Positions 28,908 through 38,126 of a stretch of 64,000 nt of DNA are shown in pieces. Location of the stretch: contig CAYTBK010000001.1 in the NCBI GenBank assembly GCA_964436005.1, positions 21,526-85,525 of the forward strand, read 5' to 3'. The notes under the pieces are model-generated. The model made no database searches, was not told the DNA's origin, and saw nothing but the letters and a program-made list of their open reading frames with translations. This stretch comes from an uncultured Acidobacteriota bacterium. Lineage in GTDB: Bacteria; Acidobacteriota; JAAYUB01. The first letter of the stretch is position 1. Every line of letters starts with the position of its first letter. A program made the position numbers and the translations under genes.

Positions 28908-29303
28908 GTTTCCCGCCGTTAAAATGACTGGTCGCTTCCGGAGCTTTCACCGACCCGCCGGCGCCGCTCACTTCAGATAATCGGAATGCTACACGAAACC
29001 GATACCATGTTCAAGATCAGTATTGAGAATGGGTAAGGTTCATTTTCCATGAGAGGCCTGGCTGGCGAGCCAATGGGCTTTCACCGGGCTTCCCAGCTCA
29101 ACCCCACACGCCCCGAAACTCCAACCTGAATTGTCCCCGCTTGCACGTCCCCCCGCCACCGAGACGCCCGCAACGCGCAATTCCCTTGCGTTTTCAGCCA
29201 GGTCTTCGTAGTCTTCCAATGCTGTCGAATGAACGCTCCGAATGTTCTTTTCTCAAGAAAACCTGTGTTTCCGACCCTCTATTTCCGCCCGAAGGTAGAA
29301 GTG

Positions 29304-31781
29304 ATGACCCGTTGCCCGGCCCGATTTTTCCGACGAAAACGTTTCCCTCGGCCCGATACCGCGAAATCCGCCCTGTCCCATGTCCTCCGGCCATCGCAGC
29401 GTTGGTCGGCGCGGATATTGATAGGCCCGCTTTACTTCTGGCTGTTATTGCTGTCCAGCGACTCGCCCCTGGCGCAAAGCCTGTTCAACGTGAAGGCGCA
29501 AAAGCAGTTGTTCCCCCCGGAGAACCAGGCGGTGACCGTGACGCCACCCGCATTTTCCTGGGTTCCCGGGAGCGGGGTCGGGGAGTACACGCTGCAACTC
29601 TCTCCCTCGCCGGATTTCCTTCCGAAGCGGACGGAAACCTGGACTGGGATCAGACGGCCGGCTTTTGTCCCCAGCCATCCACTGGCCTCGGGAAAATGGT
29701 ACTGGAGGGTCGGCGTTCAAGGAGAAAACCGCTTCGGCCCAACCCACTCTTTCATTGTTCCCAAGAACACAAAGCCGTTCCCTTTCCCCGATTGGGAAAA
29801 AGTCATCCGCAGGACTCCCCGCCGACACCCGCGGCTGTTTTTTCCCGGGGCTCGGCTGGCTCAAGCCAAGCGGTGGGCGAAAACTGACTGGAAAACCGAC
29901 CTGGACAAGCTGGAATCCCGCTGTCTCAAGGAAATGGGGAGCCCCCTCCCCCCCGAACCCGGGCCCCCGCCCCCACCAATAGCGTTAGGGCCATGGTCTG
30001 TCCAGGTGATCCAAACGACACGCCCCCCCCTGGACCTCATGGAGAACTGCGCGCTCCTCTACCTGCTTCGCGGGAACCAGAGGCTGGGGCTTGAAGCTCG
30101 GCGCATACTGCTGCACTTCTTCTCGTGGGACCCGGACGGACCCACGAGCCAATCGTCTTTCGACGAGCCCGGCATGTGGATGATGATGCGCGGGGTACGG
30201 ACCTATGACTGGACCTTCGACCTGTTCTCGCCAACAGAAAGGGACCGGATCGAAAAAGTGATGAAAAGGAGGGCTCGCCAGTTTCTGGAACGCTTGCAGG
30301 CCCTCCCTTTCGAAACCAATCCATTCAGCAGCCATGCCGGACGGCTGCCTGGATTCCTGGGCGAATGCGCCCTGGCCTTCGCCGGCGAATGGCCTGAAGC
30401 GCGCCCCTGGTTGGAGTACGCAACACTCCTGTTTTTCACATCGTATCCGGCCTGGGGCGGGGACGAGGGGGGCTGGCAGGAAGGCCCCCACTACTGGAAC
30501 GCTTATATGTCCTTTGCGTTGCACTACATTGTCGCCCTGCGCAATGCGACCGGCGTCAACCTGGCCAGAAAACCGTTCTTTGCCCAAACGCCCTTCTATG
30601 CGTTGTACACGGCCCCCCCCTACCGCCAGTTCAGCCCTTTCGGCGACACTTCGGAACGAACGTCCTTCGGCAGCGTAATGTACGCATTTTCCTCTCTTCT
30701 CCGAAACCCACACTTACGTTGGTACGCTGAACACGAGCATACGGCTTTCGGGTCGGACCTGTTGAGTCTGGCCACCTGGAATCCAGGTTTAACCGCTCGC
30801 ACACCGATAGAGTTGCCACCGGCCCGGTTGTTTTCGGACGTGGGTCTCGCTTCGATCCACACGGCTCTGGGCGATGGAGAGCAAGACATCCACTTCCTGT
30901 TGCGCAGCAGCCCCTACGGCAGCGTAAGCCACGGACACGCGGATCAGAACGCCTTTGCCCTGGAAGCCTTCGGCCGCGGCCTGGCGATTGCCACCGGATA
31001 TTACCCATGGTATGGGTCCCCGCACCACGACCGATGGACCCGCTCCACCCGGGCCGTCAACAGTCTGCTGGTCGACGGGGAAGGGCAAGCAGCCAGGAGT
31101 TGGAAAGCCCAGGGCCGGATCACGGCCTTCGCGTCGACGGACGGCTACGATTATGTGGCCGGCGAGGCGGCCTCGGCGTATGCAGGGAAGCTGAAGCGTT
31201 TCCGACGGCAAGTGGTTCACCTCCGTCCTGGTGTGTTCGTCCTCCTGGACGAGGTCCAGGCCAAGGAGCCCGCCCGTTTCCAGTGGCTGTTGCATGCCTG
31301 CCACGAGATGCAGGTGCGGGAAGGCGAAAGGAGGATTCTCGTCCGCAACGACCCGGCAGCGATGGAAGTGATCCTTCTGGAGCCTGGAGAACTGACGTTC
31401 ACGCAGACCAACCGCTATATGCCGGAACCGGAATTGCCTCCTGGCAGCTGGGAAAACACCTGGCACCTTCAGGCGGAAACCGTCCCCCGCTCTTCGACAG
31501 GGCGGTTCCTGGCGGTGCTGCTCGTCCACCGCGTAGGGGAAGAACAGAATATGCCCCAGGTTTCGCCCCTGATTGCGACCGGCGGCAGTGGCGCCATCCT
31601 GCGTTATCCATCCGGGAAAACGGACCTGGTTCTATTTCGAACAGGACCGGAAGTTCGCGGAATCCAGCATGAGGGCATCCAGACTTCGGCGGAGGTTTAC
31701 GCGGAGGGAAGGGATGAAACGGGCGCCCTCTGTCGAAAGTTCACCTTCCCGCAAAACGAAGGACGCGATGAAACCCGGTAA
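29304..31781 (+). CDS. heparinase II/III-family polysaccharide lyase-like protein, exported
   Basis: The motif HGHADQNAFALEAFG and the family architecture are present. The signal-like segment is ARILIGPLYFWLLLLSSDSPLAQS. I chose the ATG at 29304 (GAAGG SD) rather than the track start 29229. Confidence 0.75.
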   Translation: MTRCPARFFRRKRFPRPDTAKSALSHVLRPSQRWSARILIGPLYFWLLLLSSDSPLAQSLFNVKAQKQLFPPENQAVTVTPPAFSWVPGSGVGEYTLQLSPSPDFLPKRTETWTGIRRPAFVPSHPLASGKWYWRVGVQGENRFGPTHSFIVPKNTKPFPFPDWEKVIRRTPRRHPRLFFPGARLAQAKRWAKTDWKTDLDKLESRCLKEMGSPLPPEPGPPPPPIALGPWSVQVIQTTRPPLDLMENCALLYLLRGNQRLGLEARRILLHFFSWDPDGPTSQSSFDEPGMWMMMRGVRTYDWTFDLFSPTERDRIEKVMKRRARQFLERLQALPFETNPFSSHAGRLPGFLGECALAFAGEWPEARPWLEYATLLFFTSYPAWGGDEGGWQEGPHYWNAYMSFALHYIVALRNATGVNLARKPFFAQTPFYALYTAPPYRQFSPFGDTSERTSFGSVMYAFSSLLRNPHLRWYAEHEHTAFGSDLLSLATWNPGLTARTPIELPPARLFSDVGLASIHTALGDGEQDIHFLLRSSPYGSVSHGHADQNAFALEAFGRGLAIATGYYPWYGSPHHDRWTRSTRAVNSLLVDGEGQAARSWKAQGRITAFASTDGYDYVAGEAASAYAGKLKRFRRQVVHLRPGVFVLLDEVQAKEPARFQWLLHACHEMQVREGERRILVRNDPAAMEVILLEPGELTFTQTNRYMPEPELPPGSWENTWHLQAETVPRSSTGRFLAVLLVHRVGEEQNMPQVSPLIATGGSGAILRYPSGKTDLVLFRTGPEVRGIQHEGIQTSAEVYAEGRDETGALCRKFTFPQNEGRDETR

Positions 31782-32529
31782 AAATACCGTCTGGAACCGA
31801 ATCAGGCGCAAGTTGTCACGGTGGATCGCTTGCGATCCCCGCGTGGAGCAGTTTTTCACCCTGCCGTTTCGGTTCTTCGATCAACGCGGCTATATTGTCA
31901 ACGAAAGAATCATCGAGATGCCGTTCATCTTCTCGGAATTGGGCGCCAGGCCAGGGAAACTCAAGATTCTGGATGTCGGTTGCACGAACAGTTGGTTGTC
32001 CATCTCCCTGGCTTCTTTGGGTCACGAGGTCTACGGAGTCGATATGCGCTCATATTCGTTTTCTCACCCGAATCTGGTGTTCTTTCAAGGGGATGTGCTG
32101 AATCTGAAAGAAACCGGCTTCGACGCCGTTGTCGCCCTGTCGACCCTGGAACATGTGGGCCTGGGCGCCTATGGTGAAGAAAAAGGAAACGCGACGCTGG
32201 AACTTGTGCTGGACAAACTCCACCATGCGCTTCTGCCTTCCGGAAGATTGCTGATCACCGTCCCGGCTGGGCAGCCGGAGTCGGACTCATTCCAGAGGAC
32301 CTTCGCCCCGGAGGAGATCGAGGGGATCGTTAGCGCTCACAACTTTCATCTCCTGACCGGACGGTACTTCCGCAGGCACGAGAATGTCCGGTGGACCCCC
32401 TGCACTGCTGACGAAATCCTCTGCATGTCCAACCGCAGGAAGCCAGGGCAGACGGAAAGCATCGGGTCCAACGGGGTCGCCTGTTTAATGTTCCAGAAAA
32501 AGGCCTCCCACCCGGACGTCCAGACCTGA
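31768..32529 (+). CDS. class I SAM-dependent methyltransferase
   Basis: Motif I is ILDVGCTNSW and motif II/III is VVALSTLEHVG...LLPSGRLLI. The start MKPGKNTVW overlaps the end of the lyase gene. Confidence 0.75.
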   Translation: MKPGKNTVWNRIRRKLSRWIACDPRVEQFFTLPFRFFDQRGYIVNERIIEMPFIFSELGARPGKLKILDVGCTNSWLSISLASLGHEVYGVDMRSYSFSHPNLVFFQGDVLNLKETGFDAVVALSTLEHVGLGAYGEEKGNATLELVLDKLHHALLPSGRLLITVPAGQPESDSFQRTFAPEEIEGIVSAHNFHLLTGRYFRRHENVRWTPCTADEILCMSNRRKPGQTESIGSNGVACLMFQKKASHPDVQT

Positions 32530-32570
32530 GAACATCTTGAATACTGCTGTAAACAAGCCCTGGGGCCGGC

Positions 32571-33242
32571 TCAGCGCCAGACCAGCAGCCAGACGAAGCG
32601 CACGATCAACCAGGCGCTCAGCAGGGTGATGGCCAGGTTGGTCAGCCGGGCCCGGAGGGTCTTGTCCCGGGTCAGGCCGTACGAGGAGTAGGAGGCCACG
32701 ATCTCGTCCACGGAGCGGCGCCCCGCGAAGACGTCGTAGAACACCTTCGCGTAGACGAGGAAGGACACGACGACGAAGAACGTCAGCGCGACGAGGGCCT
32801 CCGCCTTGGCCGCCTCCACCCGGAAGGCGTAGAAGACGAACACGCCCATCTCCACGGCCAGGGTCGCCTTGCCCCAGTAGTTCGGGGTGATGGGCAGGCG
32901 GGCCCGCCGCGTGATGGCCACGCCCCCGGCGGCGATGAGGACGTCCTTGGCCAGCAGCATGGCCAGGGCCCAGGCCGGGAAGCCGCTGTAGACCACCAGG
33001 GCCACGCTGAGCGCGAGCACGCATACTTTGTCCGCCGCCGGGTCGAGCAGTTTGCCCACGTCCGACTGGGCGTGGAGGAGCCGGGCCAGGAACCCGTCCA
33101 GGAAGTCGCTCAGGGCGATGACGACGAGCCAGACCGCCAGAATGGTGTCCTGCCGGGCGGCCATGGCGTGGATGACGAAGGGGATGGCGGCGATGCGGAC
33201 GAGCGTCACCGCGTTGGGCAGGGTGAACAGGTTCCCGCTCAC
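32571..33242 (-). CDS. CDP-alcohol phosphatidyltransferase (PgsA-like)
   Basis: The signature is DGFLARLLHAQSDVGKLLDPAADK, i.e. DG-x2-AR-x8-G-x3-D-x3-D. The GTG start overlaps the upstream stop (GTGA). The upstream part of track ORF 32571..33986 is a GC-frame artefact. Confidence 0.7.
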   Translation of the reverse strand: MSGNLFTLPNAVTLVRIAAIPFVIHAMAARQDTILAVWLVVIALSDFLDGFLARLLHAQSDVGKLLDPAADKVCVLALSVALVVYSGFPAWALAMLLAKDVLIAAGGVAITRRARLPITPNYWGKATLAVEMGVFVFYAFRVEAAKAEALVALTFFVVVSFLVYAKVFYDVFAGRRSVDEIVASYSSYGLTRDKTLRARLTNLAITLLSAWLIVRFVWLLVWR

Positions 33243-34225
33243 CGGATCAACCCCTTGTCGCGCATGGTCTTCAGCATGCTGAGCACGACGTAGGAACACC
33301 GCGGGACCTCTTCCAGGAGGGTCCGCAAGGTTGCCCCCTCCCCGATCTTCATCCAGATCATGAGCGCGATGTCCAGGGTCTTTTCGTCCGGCCATTTCAG
33401 GGTGTTCCGGCACGGCTGGAACACGTAGGAGGGGTCGGCGATCTCCTTGAGGATGACCTTGCACTCGTCCTTCAGCCGCATGGCCTCCAGGAGCAGGTTC
33501 ATGGGCGACCGCTCGATGGGGCAGGTGCAGGCCTCCTCGTTCACGTCCTCCCCGCGGAAGGTGAAGACCCCGGAAATGTCGTCGTGGAAGATCTGGTAGA
33601 AGGCGTCTTCCCCTTCCAGCTTGCCCATGCGCGCCGTCAGGACGCGCCCCTCGGAGAAGACCACCTCCGACTGCGGCCCTTCGGGCATCTCGATGAGCAT
33701 GATGCCGCTCTGGCCCGTGTTGATGAGGGTCTGCATAACCGTGGCCAGGTCGAAGAAGTGCAGGCTGCCCTGGAGTTCCTTGCGGTGCTCCTCCACGACG
33801 ATCTGCCGGTCGGCGTGCTCGAGCCGGAACGCCAGGATCTCGCAGAGCCGACGCAGGAACAGCGGGTTTTCCTGCAGCAGCTCCTCGTACAGCTCGGCCG
33901 GGATCTCCAGCACCTCGGCGGCCTGCGGGACGCGCACCGACGCCGAGCGCGGCCGCCCCGTGATCAGGGCCATCTCGCCGAAACACTCCCCCTTGGACAG
34001 GTAAGCCACGATGGACGGCTGCCGGATCTCCTTCTTGTGTTTCTGGATCTCCACCACCCCGGTGCGGATGATGTAGAACTGGAAGGAAGTCTCCCCGTCG
34101 TGGAAGATGAACTCGCCCGGGCCGTAGCTCTTCAGCAGGCCCTCGTCGTAGACCCGCTGGATGAGTGAGTCCGGCATCCCCTTGAACAGTTCCGACTCCT
34201 TGAGAAAGCGGGTTTCTTCGGGCAT
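33239..34225 (-). CDS. cyclic-nucleotide-binding (CAP/Crp-type) domain protein with C-terminal DUF4388-like domain
   Basis: The N-terminal cNMP domain reads FGEMALITGRPRSASVRV. The C-terminal LHFFDLATVMQTLINTGQSGIMLIEM resembles DUF4388. Confidence 0.75.
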   Translation of the reverse strand: MPEETRFLKESELFKGMPDSLIQRVYDEGLLKSYGPGEFIFHDGETSFQFYIIRTGVVEIQKHKKEIRQPSIVAYLSKGECFGEMALITGRPRSASVRVPQAAEVLEIPAELYEELLQENPLFLRRLCEILAFRLEHADRQIVVEEHRKELQGSLHFFDLATVMQTLINTGQSGIMLIEMPEGPQSEVVFSEGRVLTARMGKLEGEDAFYQIFHDDISGVFTFRGEDVNEEACTCPIERSPMNLLLEAMRLKDECKVILKEIADPSYVFQPCRNTLKWPDEKTLDIALMIWMKIGEGATLRTLLEEVPRCSYVVLSMLKTMRDKGLIR

Positions 34226-34229
34226 TTTC

Positions 34230-35972
34230 CTACTCCATGCGAAGGTGCAGTTCCTTGAGCTGGCGTCCGGACACCTCGGAAGGGGCCCCCGAAAGCAGGC
34301 ACATGGCCGAGGTGGTCTTCGGGAAGGCGATAACGTCGCGGATCGAGGTTTCGCCCGCCAGCAGCATCACCAGCCTGTCGAGCCCCAGGGCGATGCCGCC
34401 GTGCGGGGGCGCGCCGTAGCGCAGGGCGTCGAGGAAGAAGCCGAACTTTTCCCGCGCTTCCTCCGGGGTGAAGCCCAGGGCGCCGAAGACCTTCTCCTGC
34501 AGGTCGGTGCGGTGGATCCGGACGGACCCGCCGCCGAGCTCCAGGCCGTTGAGGATCACGTCGTAAGCCAGGGCCTTGGCGGCGCCCGGATCGTCGAAGT
34601 CGGGGTCGGCCGGGGCGGTGAAGGGGTGGTGGCAGGCCACGTAACGCCCCTCCTCCTCGCTGAACTCGAACATGGGGAAGTCCGTCACCCACAGGAAGTC
34701 GAAGCGCGCGGGGTCCATGAGGCCCTCGCGGCGCCCCAGGTGCAGGCGCAGGCCGCCCAGCGCGGCCAGGACGGTCTTCTCCGGCCCGGCCACCATCAGC
34801 AGGGCGTCGCCCACGGCCCCGTTCACCGCGCCCACCAGGGCGCGCTTTTCGTCGTCGGTGACGGCGGCGGGCAGCGAGGAGCGCAGGGCCCCCTCCTCCG
34901 ACTTCACCCAGGCCAGGCCGCCGGCGCCGAGGTGCTTGACCACGTCCTGGAAGCCGTCCAGGTCCTTCCGGCTGTACTTGGCGCCGCCCGGGACCAGGAT
35001 GCCCCGGATCGTCCCGCCCTCCTCCACGATCTTCCGGAACACCCCGAAGGCCGACTCGCGGAAGTGCCCGGACACGTCCTGCAGCTCCAGGCCGAAGCGG
35101 GTGTCGGGCCGGTCGGACCCGAAACGCGACATGGCCTCGGCGTACGGCAGGCGCGGGAACGGGACGGGGATCTCCTTCCCGATCAGCCGGCACAGCCGCA
35201 CCAGCAGGCCTTCGATCAGCGAGTAGATGTCCTCCGGAGCGATGAAGCTCATCTCGATGTCGATCTGGGTGAACTCCGGCTGCCGGTCGGCCCGCAAATC
35301 CTCGTCCCGGAAGCAGCGGGCGACCTGGTAGTACCGGTCCATGCCCGAGACCATGAGCATCTGCTTGAAGAGCTGGGGGCTCTGGGGCAACGCATAGAAG
35401 CGGCCCTTGTGGATGCGGCTGGGCACCAGGTAGTCGCGGGCGCCTTCCGGCGTGGAGTGGGTGAGGAAGGGCGTCTCGATTTCCAGGAAGGCGTTTTCGT
35501 CCAGGTAGCGGCGCGTTTCGCCGGTCACCCGGTGGCGCAGCACGAGATTCCGCACCATGGGTGCGCGCCGGAGGTCCAGGTAGCGGTACTTCATGCGCAG
35601 TTCCTCCGAGGCCCGGACCTCGTCCTGGATCTCGAAGGGGGGCAGTTCGGAGGGGCTCAGGATCTCCACGGCCTTCCCCACCACCTCGACGCGGCCGGTG
35701 GCCAGCTCCGGGTTGACGTTCTCCGCCTCGCGCTCCCGGACGACGCCGGCCGCGCGGACCACGTACTCGCTCTTGATTTCCTCCGCCGAGGCGAACAGGC
35801 CCGGATCGTCCTCCTTGCAGAACGTGACCTGGGTCAGGCCGTGCCGGTCCCGGATCTGCAGGAACAGCAGCCCGCCCAGGTTGCGCACGGCGTGGGCCCA
35901 GCCGGTCAGGGTCACCGACCGCCCCACGTCGGCCACCGTCAATTCTCCGCAGTGATGGGTTCTCATGCTCAT
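34230..35972 (-). CDS. aspS: aspartate--tRNA ligase
   Basis: 580 aa starting [12 protein letters not shown]. Class II aaRS motifs are present ([18 protein letters not shown]; GGSVRIHR; GLDRLVMLL). The 5' extension of track ORF 34230..36821 is rejected. Confidence 0.9.
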   Translation of the reverse strand: MSMRTHHCGELTVADVGRSVTLTGWAHAVRNLGGLLFLQIRDRHGLTQVTFCKEDDPGLFASAEEIKSEYVVRAAGVVREREAENVNPELATGRVEVVGKAVEILSPSELPPFEIQDEVRASEELRMKYRYLDLRRAPMVRNLVLRHRVTGETRRYLDENAFLEIETPFLTHSTPEGARDYLVPSRIHKGRFYALPQSPQLFKQMLMVSGMDRYYQVARCFRDEDLRADRQPEFTQIDIEMSFIAPEDIYSLIEGLLVRLCRLIGKEIPVPFPRLPYAEAMSRFGSDRPDTRFGLELQDVSGHFRESAFGVFRKIVEEGGTIRGILVPGGAKYSRKDLDGFQDVVKHLGAGGLAWVKSEEGALRSSLPAAVTDDEKRALVGAVNGAVGDALLMVAGPEKTVLAALGGLRLHLGRREGLMDPARFDFLWVTDFPMFEFSEEEGRYVACHHPFTAPADPDFDDPGAAKALAYDVILNGLELGGGSVRIHRTDLQEKVFGALGFTPEEAREKFGFFLDALRYGAPPHGGIALGLDRLVMLLAGETSIRDVIAFPKTTSAMCLLSGAPSEVSGRQLKELHLRME

Positions 35973-36127
35973 GAAGTCCTCGCGCTTGCAGGTTGGGTCT
36001 GGAGGCCTCCCCCGGCGCCGGACCGGCCGAAGGCCGGGCCCCGCCCGCGGAATGCGTCCGAAAGCGGCATTGTACCACAACTGGACGGCGCATTCCGTAC
36101 ACGCTGGATTCCTTGGCCGCCCGGGAG

Positions 36128-36133
36128 TATAAT
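36128..36133 (+). promoter_or_regulatory. perfect TATAAT -10 hexamer 32 nt upstream of the 36165 gene
   Basis: Read directly as gggagTATAATccg. No clear -35 is present. Confidence 0.3.
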
Positions 36134-36164
36134 CCGTCCAAACTTCATTTTTTCTGGAGGAACC

Positions 36165-36659
36165 ATGAGACATCTGAGAACCGTTCTTCTGGCCGCCGTC
36201 CTGGCCATGCTGGGCGCCCAACTGCTGGCCGGCGACCAACCCCTGCCCAACCCCACCGCCACCCAGCCGTCCTATCCGCAGAAACTGGAATGGGACCTGA
36301 AGATCGCCCCCGACACCCTCTTCTACACCCTCTGCACGGCGCAGCGCGTCACGGACAAGAACGCCGTTTCCTGGACCGTCCCCACCCAGGGCTTCCGGGA
36401 CTTCCGGGTGGTGGTCTTCACCGCCGGCGCCGAACGGACGTCCAAGGTGGTCGCCACGCAGTTGAAAGTCACCTGCTCCGTCAAGAACGGCGAGAAGAAG
36501 TTCGACTACTTCAAGCGCGACGTGGCCATCGACACGAACTCGCCGAGAACCGACGGGGAAGCCATGCTGGTGCCCGTCTACGGGCAGGAGACCACCCTCG
36601 AGATCGAGCCCCGCAACATGAACACCGACCTGTTCGTCACCGTGTACCTGCTGAAGTAG
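36165..36659 (+). CDS. secreted hypothetical protein (signal peptide [23 protein letters not shown])
   Basis: 164 aa with a GGAGG Shine-Dalgarno. It is the C-terminal part of track ORF 34161..36659. Confidence 0.65.
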   Translation: MRHLRTVLLAAVLAMLGAQLLAGDQPLPNPTATQPSYPQKLEWDLKIAPDTLFYTLCTAQRVTDKNAVSWTVPTQGFRDFRVVVFTAGAERTSKVVATQLKVTCSVKNGEKKFDYFKRDVAIDTNSPRTDGEAMLVPVYGQETTLEIEPRNMNTDLFVTVYLLK

Positions 36660-36679
36660 ACGGTTTCCGGAAATCCCCG

Positions 36680-36716
36680 GCGCCGGGCGGGGCAGCCCCC
36701 CTCCCGGCGCTTTTCC
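36680..36716 (+). terminator. GC-rich hairpin followed by CTTTTCC; putative intrinsic terminator
   Basis: GCGCCGGGCGGGG cagcc CCCCTCCCGGCGC, then TTTTCC. Confidence 0.5.
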
Positions 36717-37071
36717 TTCCTGCGTCGCTTCCCCGTTTCCGAGGCCGCCGCTAGGCGAGAGGCGGCGTACCGCGGCCCGTTGGGCGCATCCCCGTGTGCC
36801 GCGGGATAATTGCCGGCGCAACCGAGCATCGGCCCGGCAGGGCCGACGGAAAGTAGCCCGGGCGCCAGTCCCCGATTCTCTATCACCTCACCGGCGGGCC
36901 TCCTGCCGGCTACTGGGTAGGATTAACCACGAAACCACGAAGCGGCGCCGTCGGCGCCGGATCCCTGAGCCCGGGCCGCAGGCCCGGGGCGAAAGCGCCC
37001 GGAATCGCCCAGGCGGCCTGCCGGGCCGCGACCGGCCCGACCCGGGCGGAGAAACGGTCCTGGCCATGGAA

Positions 37072-37147
37072 ATCCATGCCCTCCGGGCAAAAGGCCCGGT
37101 CTCCCGTTCGTGGCCTTTGCGACCTTCGTGTTGCGGACAAACACGAA
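37072..37147 (+). repeat. imperfect direct repeat unit, copy A (~76 nt; ATCCATGCCCTCCGGGCAAAA ... GTTCGTG ... CCTTTG ... GTGTTG ... AAACACGAAG)
   Basis: It aligns block-by-block with copy B at 37467..37553, at roughly 75% identity. Confidence 0.6.
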
Positions 37148-37394
37148 GCGCACGACCAGCCACGAAGGGGGACGGCGAGGCTTGCGTTAAGATTTGCGGA
37201 CGGGAAACCGGTTGCGGGAATTGCCATGAGGCCGGGGCGCGCCTCTCCGCGTTCGGCGCTCCGGCGGCCTGCGCGCCGCACTCCTGGTTGCGCGCGGCGC
37301 GAGGCTTCACCTGCCGGCTTTTTCTCCGGCCGTCCCGGCCAGCTCGGGGGCGTGTGCGCGCATCGGCGATTCGCCACCGACGATGGATCTGGAT

Positions 37395-37458
37395 GCCCTC
37401 CGGGCAAGGATCCATCGGGGCAAACGCGCGGGCTATGGACATTCATGCCCTACGGGCA
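37395..37458 (+). repeat. two additional copies of the 13-bp dyad TGCCCT(C/A)CGGGCA (37395..37407 and 37446..37458), each preceded by AT
   Basis: Read directly. Together with 37077..37089 and 37472..37484 this gives four dyads in about 400 bp. Confidence 0.6.
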
Positions 37459-37466
37459 AAGATTCG

Positions 37467-37553
37467 ATCCATGCCCTACAGGCAAAACCCGGTTTCACCT
37501 CGTTCGTGTCCTTGGTGGCCTTTGTGTTGAGAAAAAACACGAGGCTCGCGGTG
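37467..37553 (+). repeat. imperfect direct repeat unit, copy B (~87 nt)
   Basis: ATCCATGCCCTACAGGCAAAA ... GTTCGTG ... CCTTTG ... GTGTTG ... AAACACGAGG. It contains a hairpin TGTGTT-gagaaaa-AACACA. Confidence 0.6.
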
Positions 37554-37653
37554 TTAGGCGGTGCCTGACACATTTGCCCACTTCCCCTTGCCCGGATATC
37601 GCATTCCTCAATAACTCATTTTTTATCTGTCGTTTATTTCATGCCGAACTTTT

Positions 37654-37671
37654 TTGCTAATTTTTTAGCAA
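37654..37671. promoter_or_regulatory. perfect 7-4-7 inverted repeat TTGCTAAttttTTAGCAA; candidate operator of the BlaI-family repressor
   Basis: It lies 66 nt upstream of the repressor ATG, in an AT-rich promoter region. A half-site-like TTTTAGCAG follows at 37682. Confidence 0.45.
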
Positions 37672-37736
37672 GGTGCTGAACTTTTAGCAGCGACCTGTCG
37701 TATCATATGCCGAAAACGAATGAACGGAGGTTCGGA

Positions 37737-38126
37737 ATGGCTCCCAAAGACGTGGAAACCCTGAGCCGGAGGGAACGGCAGATCATGGACGTCCTGTATG
37801 CCCGCGGCGAGGGCACCGTGGCGGAGGTCATGGAAAACCTGCCCGAAGCGCCCGGCTACTCCGCCGTCCGGGCCCTGCTCCGGATCCTGGAGGAAAAGGG
37901 GCGGGTGGTGCACCGCCAGGACGGCGCCCGCTACATCTACATGCCGGCCACCGACCGGGAAACCGCCGGCCGCACCGCCGCCAAGCGGCTGATGGCCACG
38001 TTTTTCGGGGGTTCCCCGGCCGAAGCCGCCGCCGCCCTCATCGGCGCCGCCGAGCGCCCTTTGACCGAAGAGGAATACGAATCTCTTCACCGCCTCATCG
38101 AGGAGGCGCGCAAGGAGGGAAGATGA
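37737..38126 (+). CDS. BlaI/MecI/CopY-family transcriptional repressor
   Basis: About 129 aa. The winged-helix region is RERQIMDVLYARGEGTVAEVMENLPE...RALLRILEEKGRV. The SD is GGAGG and the start is MAPKDVETLS. Confidence 0.85.
   Translation: MAPKDVETLSRRERQIMDVLYARGEGTVAEVMENLPEAPGYSAVRALLRILEEKGRVVHRQDGARYIYMPATDRETAGRTAAKRLMATFFGGSPAEAAAALIGAAERPLTEEEYESLHRLIEEARKEGR

Noticed and set aside
34230-36821. 863-aa extended form of the aspS ORF
   Set aside because: The AspRS homology starts at [12 protein letters not shown] (35972). The upstream 280 codons are GC-frame read-through and would overlap the divergent promoter region and the 36165 gene.
36700-37100. Possible housekeeping ncRNA (RNase P RNA, SRP RNA, tmRNA, 6S) in the structured GC-rich stretch
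   Set aside because: I looked for hallmark motifs: GGAAAGUCCGGGCUCC for RNase P, GGAAGCAGCC for SRP domain IV, and the tmRNA tag-peptide template with a CCA end. None is present. Only generic GC hairpins were seen.
36578-37660. Several 100-250-aa ORFs on both strands in the 36.6-37.7 kb region (for example 36796..37530 +, 36888..37442 -, 37076..37660 +)
   Set aside because: They overlap one another on both strands, are Arg-rich, and have no RBS. The region is better explained as non-coding repeat and hairpin DNA (see finding).
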